From contig NZ_BCZP01000007.1 in assembly GCF_001598795.1 (NCBI RefSeq), positions 150,001-182,000 on the forward strand: DNA of 32,000 bases, in the 5' to 3' direction. Position 1 is the stretch's first letter. The number at the start of each line of letters is the position of its first letter. This DNA comes from Delftia acidovorans NBRC 14950 (GTDB lineage Bacteria; Pseudomonadota; Gammaproteobacteria; Burkholderiales; Burkholderiaceae_C). Positions 16,678 to 23,848 of the stretch are shown piece after piece. A program made the translations under genes and the position numbers. The notes beneath the pieces were generated by a model, which did no database searches, was not told where the DNA came from, and saw only the letters and a program-made list of their open reading frames with translations.

Positions 16678-17471
16678 GCCGCCGTCCTGTCCATGGCTGC
16701 GCGCACGCGGGCGCAGTGCTCGTTGAACGCCGGCCCGTGGCGCATGGCCTGGGTGCGCGGCGCGGGCAGATCGACCGCCATGTCGGCCACGATGCGCCCG
16801 CCGTGCATGAGGGCGATGCGGTCGCCCAGGTAGACGGCCTCGTTGATGTCGTGGGTGACGAAGAGCACCGTGGTGCCGCGCTCGCGGCAGGTGCGCAGCA
16901 GGTCGTCCTGCAGCTCGGCGCGCGTGATGGCGTCCAGCGCGGCAAAGGGCTCGTCCAGCAGCAGCAGGGGCGGATCGAGCACCAGCGCCCGTGCCAGCGC
17001 CACGCGGCTTTGCTGCCCGCCCGAGAGATGGCGCGGATGGCGCTGCGCGTGGCTGGCCAGGCCCAGTTGCTCCAGCAGCGCCAGGGCGCGTTGCTCGTCC
17101 TGCGGCGCGGGGCGCCTTTGCAGCGACACGGGCAGCAGCACATTGCCCAGCGCCGTATGCCACTCCAGCAGCGTGGGCGCCTGGAACATGAAGCCCAGTT
17201 GCGGGCCGGGCTCGGCCAGCTCGGCGCCACGCAGCAGAATGCGGCCCGACTGCGGCCTGAGCAGCCCCGCCGCCAGCTTGAGCAAGGTGGTCTTGCCGCA
17301 GCCGCTGCTTCCCAGCAGGCAGTGGATCTCACCGGCCTGCACGCGCCAGTCCACGCCGTCCACCACCGGCGGGCGGCCCGGGTAGCTGAACACCACCTGT
17401 TCGATATCGAGAAACGCCATGCCGTCAGCCCCGTCTGTGATGCCCGTCATGCCCGTCGTGCCGGTGTGCAT
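16674..17471 (-). CDS. ABC transporter ATP-binding protein (NitT/TauT family)
   Basis: Walker A GSSGCGKTT, signature LSGGQQ, Walker B LLLLDEP, H-loop VTHD. Start uncertain: TTG 17480 overlaps the LuxC-like stop, and ATGs occur at 17471, 17450 and 17420. Confidence 0.9.
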   Translation of the reverse strand: MHTGTTGMTGITDGADGMAFLDIEQVVFSYPGRPPVVDGVDWRVQAGEIHCLLGSSGCGKTTLLKLAAGLLRPQSGRILLRGAELAEPGPQLGFMFQAPTLLEWHTALGNVLLPVSLQRRPAPQDEQRALALLEQLGLASHAQRHPRHLSGGQQSRVALARALVLDPPLLLLDEPFAALDAITRAELQDDLLRTCRERGTTVLFVTHDINEAVYLGDRIALMHGGRIVADMAVDLPAPRTQAMRHGPAFNEHCARVRAAMDRTAA

Positions 17472-17476
17472 GGATG

Positions 17477-18973
17477 TCAATCCGCATACGGGGCGAACGG
17501 CTGCGCCGCCGCCTCGGCAGATTGCTCGATCTCGGTCATGCGCACCAGGTCCAGCAGGTTGAAGCGGCCGTCATGGTGCCAGCCGGCCTCGGGCATGCTC
17601 ATGGAGCCGATGGCACTGATGCGCGTGACGCCGGCCGCGCCCAGCAGGCCCGCCAGCCGGTACAGCTGCTCGGGCGATGCGGCAATCCCGGCCGTCTGCA
17701 GGTATTCGCGCTGCGCGGCCACCACGGGCACGGCGTCATCCAGGCGGTCCACACCCACCACGGCAATCGTGCGGTACAGGGCCGTGGGCGCCAGCGGCTG
17801 CAGGCTGTCGCTGTACGCCACGCTCCAGGGCGCGTCAACGGGGCCCAGCAGCTGCTGCGCGTCGCCCGACCATTCCACGGACTGCTGCCAGCGGGCCACG
17901 GCGGCGCCCTCCTCCAGCTCCAACGGCCGGCGCGCAAAGCGCCGCTGCAGGTTGGCCAGCTCGGCCGCCAGATAGTCGGCAAAGGCACGCGCAGAGACGG
18001 GGGCGCCGCGCTCCACGTAGAAGACATGGGGCGAGTAGCAGCCCTGCTGGTCGTAGCGCATCACGTCCCAGGCCGCCAGCCGCGCCACGGCGGGCGCCTT
18101 GAGCGTGTCCAGCGCCTGGGCGCCCACCATGCCAAAGCCCAGCTTGTGGCCGTGTGGCAGAAAGCGCGTGGTCACGGGCAGGCGCTGGCGCAGTGCCTGC
18201 AGCGTCTGGTTGCCGCCGTAGGCGAGCACGGTGTCGGCCTCGGCGTGGAGCGCGGCGGCTCCACCGCCATCCACGCCATCGGCGCCATCCGCCCCATCCA
18301 CCCCCCCCGCACCACTCCACCACACCACGGCCAGGCAATCGGCCAGCGGCGGGTGGACCTCGGCCAGCAGCCGCGCGAACCAGCCCGCGAACAGCGGCTC
18401 GGCGCTGGCCAGCTTGCCAATGGCCGGCGCCTTGACCAGCAGGCCGCAGACCAGGCTCCACAGGGACAGCGCAGGCACATTGCCGGCCCAGCTGTGCATC
18501 AGCAGGTCCGGCCCGAAGGCGCGCACCGCGCCGCCCTTGGGCGCGGGCTGGAAGCCGTCGAGCACGGCCGGGTTGGCAAAGTCCTCGGCCACGAAGCGCC
18601 GCAGCTGCGCGGCGCGAAAGGTCTTGAAGAAGCCCGTCAGCCCCAGGCGCACCATGTCGGCGTCATAGCCGCTGACCACGGGCAACCAGGTCTCGGCCTG
18701 GCGCCGATAGGGATCGCTGCGGTCCAGCAGGCGGGCGATGGCACGGTCGATGGCGTCGATGATCTCGGCTACGGGCATGGCCCTGAGGTGGCGGTCGGCG
18801 GCACGCCGCACGTGGGCCGCCAGCGCATGCATCTGCGGGCCGGTCAGCAGGGGCACGGAGACTTCCAGCCGCACGCCTCCGCGTTCGAAGGGCAGCACAT
18901 GCCACTGCACCTCGGCCTCGCGCAAACCAGGCAGTTCGGGCAGGTAGCCGGCCGTGATCCGCTCGATGTTCAT
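17477..18973 (-). CDS. LuxC-like acyl-CoA/acyl-protein reductase (aldehyde-forming)
   Basis: 498 aa. Contains the HSWAGNVPALSLWSLVCGLLVKAPAIGKLAS block, which resembles the LuxC AGNVP region, and a candidate catalytic Cys in DQQGCYSP. Its ATG (18973-18971) overlaps the TGA (18972-18970) of the LuxE-like gene. Confidence 0.75.
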   Translation of the reverse strand: MNIERITAGYLPELPGLREAEVQWHVLPFERGGVRLEVSVPLLTGPQMHALAAHVRRAADRHLRAMPVAEIIDAIDRAIARLLDRSDPYRRQAETWLPVVSGYDADMVRLGLTGFFKTFRAAQLRRFVAEDFANPAVLDGFQPAPKGGAVRAFGPDLLMHSWAGNVPALSLWSLVCGLLVKAPAIGKLASAEPLFAGWFARLLAEVHPPLADCLAVVWWSGAGGVDGADGADGVDGGGAAALHAEADTVLAYGGNQTLQALRQRLPVTTRFLPHGHKLGFGMVGAQALDTLKAPAVARLAAWDVMRYDQQGCYSPHVFYVERGAPVSARAFADYLAAELANLQRRFARRPLELEEGAAVARWQQSVEWSGDAQQLLGPVDAPWSVAYSDSLQPLAPTALYRTIAVVGVDRLDDAVPVVAAQREYLQTAGIAASPEQLYRLAGLLGAAGVTRISAIGSMSMPEAGWHHDGRFNLLDLVRMTEIEQSAEAAAQPFAPYAD

Positions 18974-20088
18974 GCGGCAGCGGCCTTCACGAATTCATCG
19001 ACCGCCAGCGAGCAGCCCTTGGCCGCTGCGCCCTCGGCACGCCCCAGCAACAGGAAACCGCTGTTCTCGCCATGGCCGGCCCACAGGCCCACATCCTCGG
19101 TGAGGATGGTGGTGACCGCGTTGTAGTTGGCCAGGTCGCAGTGCACGAGAATGCCGCGCTCGCCGGGCGCCACGCTGCGGCCGGTGACGGGCTCGACCAG
19201 GCGCGAGCGTATCCAGTGCGGCCCCGACTTGACCGAGGGCAGCGTGGCATTGCCGTCGTCATAGAACTGCGTGCTCAACTCGGTCATGCCGTACATGTTG
19301 ATGCAGTGGCTGCGCGGCACGCCCAGCAGCCGGGACAGGTCGGCGTAGAAATCCTCCAGCGGCAGCTCGCGCGACTGGCCCTTGTAGCCGCCCGTGTCCA
19401 GGATGCGGCTGCCCGGCGGCAGGCAAAAGCTGCGGCCCTGCTCGCGCAGCGCATCCATCACATGCACCAGGCTGAAGCTGGCGCCCAGCAGCGCATAGGG
19501 GCGGCCGCTGCGCTCGGACTCCTCCAGCACGGCGCACAGGCCGGGCATGTCCAGTCCTTCGGGGGTGAGGAAGTAGCGGCTGTCGGGAGTGCCGAATTCC
19601 GTCTTGGCCAGCGCCAGGTAGTGGGCCAGCGAAGAGTTGGGCATGGCCTGCTCGTCGGGAAAGAGGATGCCCATGGGCAGGCGCTCGTGCCCGGCCATGA
19701 AGCGCTGCGCGAAGTTGCGCGTCATCGACGCATCGTAGACATCGAGCGCGGGATGGAAGTGGCGCCCGCGCGCGGACAGTCCCTTGGCCTGGCCCGTGGT
19801 GCCGCTGGTCATGAATACGCGCTCCGTGGGCGAGGCCGGCTCGCTGCGCAGCTCCATGGCCTTGAACGCGTCAATGGGCACGGCGGGAATGTCGCTCCAG
19901 GTCTTCACATTGCGCAGCGTGGCGCCGCGCCTCTGGCAGAAGCTGCGAAACGGCGCATTCGATTCGTATTGGTAGGCGAACAGCCGCAGGGCCAGGGCGT
20001 CGAACTGCTCGTCGGTGCAGCCGTCCATGGCGATGAATGCAAGCAGATCTGCGACCAGAGAAGCCGCCTGGGGCCGGGCCTTGTCCAT
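18970..20088 (-). CDS. LuxE/PaaK-like acyl-protein synthetase (adenylate-forming)
   Basis: 372 aa from ATG 20088, with RBS gaaggaa 6-7 nt upstream. Has the adenylation motif FMTSGTTGQAKG. Its size and its pairing with a LuxC-like gene are typical of LuxE. The ORF-track extension to 20223 is rejected. Confidence 0.75.
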   Translation of the reverse strand: MDKARPQAASLVADLLAFIAMDGCTDEQFDALALRLFAYQYESNAPFRSFCQRRGATLRNVKTWSDIPAVPIDAFKAMELRSEPASPTERVFMTSGTTGQAKGLSARGRHFHPALDVYDASMTRNFAQRFMAGHERLPMGILFPDEQAMPNSSLAHYLALAKTEFGTPDSRYFLTPEGLDMPGLCAVLEESERSGRPYALLGASFSLVHVMDALREQGRSFCLPPGSRILDTGGYKGQSRELPLEDFYADLSRLLGVPRSHCINMYGMTELSTQFYDDGNATLPSVKSGPHWIRSRLVEPVTGRSVAPGERGILVHCDLANYNAVTTILTEDVGLWAGHGENSGFLLLGRAEGAAAKGCSLAVDEFVKAAAA

Positions 20089-20275
20089 GGAATTCCTTCG
20101 AGAGCTGGGACGTGATGCTCCGAAGGCTCCCCCGCCCGTGGCGCATGGGCGGCCACGCAGGGGTGCAAGCTCTTCTTCCGCCGGAATGACCCGGTTCAAG
20201 TTCTCGGGTGTGGATCTCAGCACTGGCGTGCACCCCGGAGCGGAGGGCTATCTTACAGCAGGGTCGCCAACCCCG

Positions 20276-22024
20276 TCAGGCCAGCAGGCGAACCCCAAAA
20301 CCCAACAAGGTCGCGACATACAGCAGCACCAAGGCCTTGCCCAGCACACCGGTGTTGAACCAGAAGTGGCGTGCCACGGCGAAGTCCCAGGCGCCATCGC
20401 GCACCTGCAGCTGCGGCAACCGCGCCAGGATCTCGCGCCTGAACGCGGCCTCGTCGAACAGGGGACTGCCATTGAGTCGCAGGGGAATGGCGCGAAGGCC
20501 CATCCACAGATGCTGGCGCGTGCAGGTGACGCGACTGGCATCGAATTTTCGGGTCCTGCGTGCCATGCGTACCGCGATCCGATGCCCGTCCGTGGCTATG
20601 CGCATGGTCTCCAGCTGCTTGAGCTTGCGCCAGAGCCATGCATACAGACACAGCGGCAACACGGCCAAAAGCACCAGCAGGACACCGAGCATGCCCGTTG
20701 GATCGCACGATTTGTCCGGACCGCAGTCGCGCTGGTGCAAAAGCGGCAAGAACCAGTAGACCATCCCGCCAGCGACCAGGCAATGCAGAACGCCAACCAT
20801 GGCAAGCGCACGCCTGCGCTTCACGGTACTACCCGCAAGCGCCGTGACCGAAGTGACCAACGGCTTTCCTTCCGAGGCTTGAGAAGCCTGCGCGGCGTGC
20901 TGAGACGGTGGGGGAGCCACTGCCGCGCTGCAGGCTTCGGTGTCGGCCACTTCCTGCCAGCGCTTGCCGCCCAATTGGCGCAATTCCCCTGCCTTCCAGG
21001 CAAGCCACAGTCCCAGAGCCATCAATACCCCGATGCTGCCCAGCAGGAACGAAGGCAACCGCCTGCTCCATTCATAGGACGAGCGGGCAGACGCCAGCTC
21101 GCCGCGGAATGGAGCATCCCCGAAAGGCTCCAGCACGCGGCCGTCCAGATCCACGCGATGGACGGTGAATTGGGTCATGTCCGGCAGCAACAACTCCTGA
21201 CCCACCATGGCGATGGCGTTCGGGTCCTGGTCGGGCGAAAGCGGCATCACCCGTTCAGGCTTCAACTGGGAATCCATCAACAGCAGATCTGCTCCCCGCA
21301 TGCTCGAGTCTGCCACCAGCACCCATAGACGCTGCTGGCCATCCAGCTGCATGGCGAACGGGAAGCGGCGCCCGGAACGCAGGCCCGCATATTCCACGGG
21401 AAATACGGCAGGCGCGGCCTGGGTGCTCTGTGCCGTATCGATTTGCGCAATCTGATGGCGGTTGGTATTGGCCACCCACATGCGCTCGCCTACCTGCAGC
21501 GTCTGATTCGGAAAGCGCAGGCCTTCGCTGTAGGTCTTGAGCAGCACATAGGCTTGCGCTGCACTGGAAGCGGCGTCGCGCTGGTAAACGAGAACGCGGT
21601 GATGGGATGCGTCGGAGACCACAATCTGCGCTTCATCGGCCGTTACCCGCATCCAGCGATAGCCACCGCGTATGGACAAATCGGGCAGATCCAGCGCCAC
21701 GCAGCGCTGCATTGCCAGATCGCAGCGATGCACACGTCCCTGGTCATGCGCCCAAAGCGTCTTCTCGCCAATGAACTGAAGGCTGCTGACCGATGGAGTC
21801 AAACCCAATTGCGCCAACTCCAGACGCTGCAGGCGTGTGCCCTGCCGATCAAACTGATGCAAAGCGCCATGGCTTTGAATCCACACTGTATTGCCTTGGA
21901 TTGAGGGAAGCCTGGGGCCCAATGGGTCGGGCAACAGCCAACCCCGAAAGACAAAGGCCAGGATCAACAGGCATTGCAGCCCGATCACAGCCCTGAGCCA
22001 TTTCTTGTAAACCGCCTCAGCCAT
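20276..22024 (-). CDS. Membrane protein of unknown function: N-terminal TM, NHL-like beta-propeller, TM, linker, then a TM pair plus PH-like domain plus a terminal TM
   Basis: Start at ATG 22024 with RBS GGGGGAG. NHL-like strands are present (SDASHHRVLVYQRD, VANTNRHQIAQID, FTVHRVDLDGRVLE). Hydrophobic segments are at roughly aa 10-30, 325-345, 400-420, 435-455 and 555-580. Confidence 0.65.
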   Translation of the reverse strand: MAEAVYKKWLRAVIGLQCLLILAFVFRGWLLPDPLGPRLPSIQGNTVWIQSHGALHQFDRQGTRLQRLELAQLGLTPSVSSLQFIGEKTLWAHDQGRVHRCDLAMQRCVALDLPDLSIRGGYRWMRVTADEAQIVVSDASHHRVLVYQRDAASSAAQAYVLLKTYSEGLRFPNQTLQVGERMWVANTNRHQIAQIDTAQSTQAAPAVFPVEYAGLRSGRRFPFAMQLDGQQRLWVLVADSSMRGADLLLMDSQLKPERVMPLSPDQDPNAIAMVGQELLLPDMTQFTVHRVDLDGRVLEPFGDAPFRGELASARSSYEWSRRLPSFLLGSIGVLMALGLWLAWKAGELRQLGGKRWQEVADTEACSAAVAPPPSQHAAQASQASEGKPLVTSVTALAGSTVKRRRALAMVGVLHCLVAGGMVYWFLPLLHQRDCGPDKSCDPTGMLGVLLVLLAVLPLCLYAWLWRKLKQLETMRIATDGHRIAVRMARRTRKFDASRVTCTRQHLWMGLRAIPLRLNGSPLFDEAAFRREILARLPQLQVRDGAWDFAVARHFWFNTGVLGKALVLLYVATLLGFGVRLLA

Positions 22025-22124
22025 TGAATCTCCCCCATTTTTGAATGGAGGCAAGTGTAGACAAACAAGGCATTGCGGCCATCAAAACGATGACTTCATT
22101 CGAGCGCAATTTCCAAACTGTGGA

Positions 22125-23174
22125 TCAATCCAGTGCCGTCAGCCGCCGCATCACCCACTCCACGGGCCCCTGCGCCACCTTCTTGCTCCAGGCCCAGGCG
22201 GCCAGGCTGGCGATGATCACGTACAGCGCGGCGGCCACGGCCACTTCGCGCAGGCTGCGTGATCCGTCCAGCGCGCCCAGGGCCTCCAGCAGGCCCATGC
22301 CGATGAGGATGTGTGCCAGGTACAGGGTCAGCGTCATGCGCCCGGCCGGCAGCAGGCCGCGCCACGGTCCAGCGGGCCAGCGGTCGGCCAGCCGCAGGCA
22401 GACGCCTATGGCAATGCTGGCGCAGCCCAGGCCCATCAGCAGGTAGGCTGGGCCGGGCGGCATGGGGCCGGTGGCCAGCCAGGCAGCCCATTCACTCTGT
22501 GCCGCAAGTGCCGAGACGGCGCAGGCCAAGCCCACCATCGCAACACCGCAAGCCACCAGACCCCACTGCACGCGCGGCTCGGCCAGCGGCAGGCGTGCCA
22601 GCAGCATGCCGCAGAGGAAAAAGGCAAACCAGGGCAGCACCGGATGGAAGCCGTTGAACAGCAGGTTGCGCGCAAAGCCGGCCGGCTCCCACAGACCCTG
22701 GTAGGACAGGCTCGCCCAGTCCCAGCCCTGGCTGTAGTCCAGCTGCAGCAAGGCCGTGGCGGACAGCACGGCCACGGCCGCCATGCCGGCCAGCAGCGCC
22801 CGTGCGCCGGCCTGCAGCCAGGCGATGGCCAGCACGAAATACACCGCGTAGTAGTGAATGATGTCGGCCGGAAAGATCAGCAGGTTCATGCCACCGGCCA
22901 CCAGCAGGAACAGCGCGCGGCGCAGCGTCCAGAGGCGCGCCGTGGCCGGCTCCAGCGAGCGCGTGGCCAGCACCAGGCCCAGTCCCGCCAGCACCACGAA
23001 GGTGGCCGAGGCCTTGCCCTCCAGAAAATGGAAGAACGACAGCAGCCAGCCCGGCTCCTGCAGCGCGGGATGCATGGCCTGCTTGAAGTTGACGAACACC
23101 ATGCCTGCCAGCGCCAGGTAGCGCGCCAGGTCCAACCCCGCCAGGCGGGCGCCCCTGCCGGTGGCGTGCCTCAT
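22125..23174 (-). CDS. DUF418/YeiB-like polytopic membrane protein (acyltransferase-3-like fold)
   Basis: N-terminus RLAGLDLARYLALAGMVFVNF and C-terminus GPVEWVMRRL, both characteristic of YeiB-type proteins, with about 9-10 hydrophobic spans. Its ATG (23174-23172) overlaps the TetR TGA (23173-23171). Confidence 0.75.
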   Translation of the reverse strand: MRHATGRGARLAGLDLARYLALAGMVFVNFKQAMHPALQEPGWLLSFFHFLEGKASATFVVLAGLGLVLATRSLEPATARLWTLRRALFLLVAGGMNLLIFPADIIHYYAVYFVLAIAWLQAGARALLAGMAAVAVLSATALLQLDYSQGWDWASLSYQGLWEPAGFARNLLFNGFHPVLPWFAFFLCGMLLARLPLAEPRVQWGLVACGVAMVGLACAVSALAAQSEWAAWLATGPMPPGPAYLLMGLGCASIAIGVCLRLADRWPAGPWRGLLPAGRMTLTLYLAHILIGMGLLEALGALDGSRSLREVAVAAALYVIIASLAAWAWSKKVAQGPVEWVMRRLTALD

Positions 23175-23797
23175 GTCGCGTCCCCCCGTACCTCGCCTCC
23201 AAGCAGGCAGGCCAGCAAGGCGGGATGCAGCACATCGACCCCTTCATCCGCCCCCGCGTCTTCTTGCGGCGTCACCGCCAGCGCAAAGCGCAGCGCATCG
23301 CTTTCCACGGCATCCAGCAGCAGTTGCGCGGCCAGGCGCACGGGCACGGCGGGCCGCAAGAGGCCCTGCTGCGCCCCGCGCTCCATGAAGCCGGCCAAGC
23401 CGTCGAGCATGCGCCTGCGGTTGGCCTCGAAGGCCGGCGCCAGCCCGGGCGAACGCGCGATCTCGGACAGGCATTCGGCGCTGAGCACGGCCCATTCCCG
23501 CTGGCGGCACAGCGCCTGGTAGGCGGCCAGGAATTGCGCCACCACAGGCAGCGAAGGGGCTGCGGCCCGCTCCAGCGCCTGCAGCAAGGGCAGCAGCTCG
23601 GTCTGCTCCTGCGTGGCGACCTCGGCAATCAAGGCCTGCTTGCTGTCGAAGTGGTTGTACAGATTGCCCAGGCTCACCGAGGCAGCCTGCGCGATGTCGC
23701 GCATGCTGGTGCAGTGAAAGCCGCGCTCCACGAAGCACTGCAGGGCGGCCTCCACGATGACGGCCCGGCGCTCGCTGATGTCTTCTTTCTTTTTCAT
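23171..23797 (-). CDS. TetR/AcrR-family transcriptional regulator
   Basis: HTH RRAVIVEAALQCFVERGFHCTSMRDIAQAASVSLGNLYNHFDSKQALI. Start taken as ATG 23797. Alternatives are ATG 23827 and GTG 23836. Confidence 0.85.
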   Translation of the reverse strand: MKKKEDISERRAVIVEAALQCFVERGFHCTSMRDIAQAASVSLGNLYNHFDSKQALIAEVATQEQTELLPLLQALERAAAPSLPVVAQFLAAYQALCRQREWAVLSAECLSEIARSPGLAPAFEANRRRMLDGLAGFMERGAQQGLLRPAVPVRLAAQLLLDAVESDALRFALAVTPQEDAGADEGVDVLHPALLACLLGGEVRGDAT

Positions 23798-23807
23798 GCC
23801 CCGGATG

Positions 23808-23827
23808 ATGAACGAACGTTCATTCAT
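23808..23827. promoter_or_regulatory. 20-bp near-palindrome ATGAACGAACGTTCATTCAT, a candidate TetR operator
   Basis: Perfect core GAACGTTC, with flanks matching 5 of 6 positions. It lies 11-30 nt upstream of ATG 23797. Confidence 0.45.
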
Positions 23828-23848
23828 AGTCAACACCGGGGCATGAAA

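Noticed and set aside
17477-20088. A bacterial bioluminescence (lux) operon.
   Set aside because: Only LuxC-like and LuxE-like genes are present. No luciferase (luxAB) or acyl-transferase (luxD) ORF exists in the window, and the flanking genes are transporter and SDR genes.
14065-20223. The ORF-track N-terminal extensions of the SDR (to 15021), binding protein (to 16330), permease (to 17163) and LuxE-like gene (to 20223).
   Set aside because: The extensions overlap the preceding genes and are Arg/Pro-rich. Internal ATGs give proper N-termini: a Tat signal, a TM start, a Rossmann start, and an RBS-preceded MDKARP. These ATGs also produce tidy stop/start overlaps.
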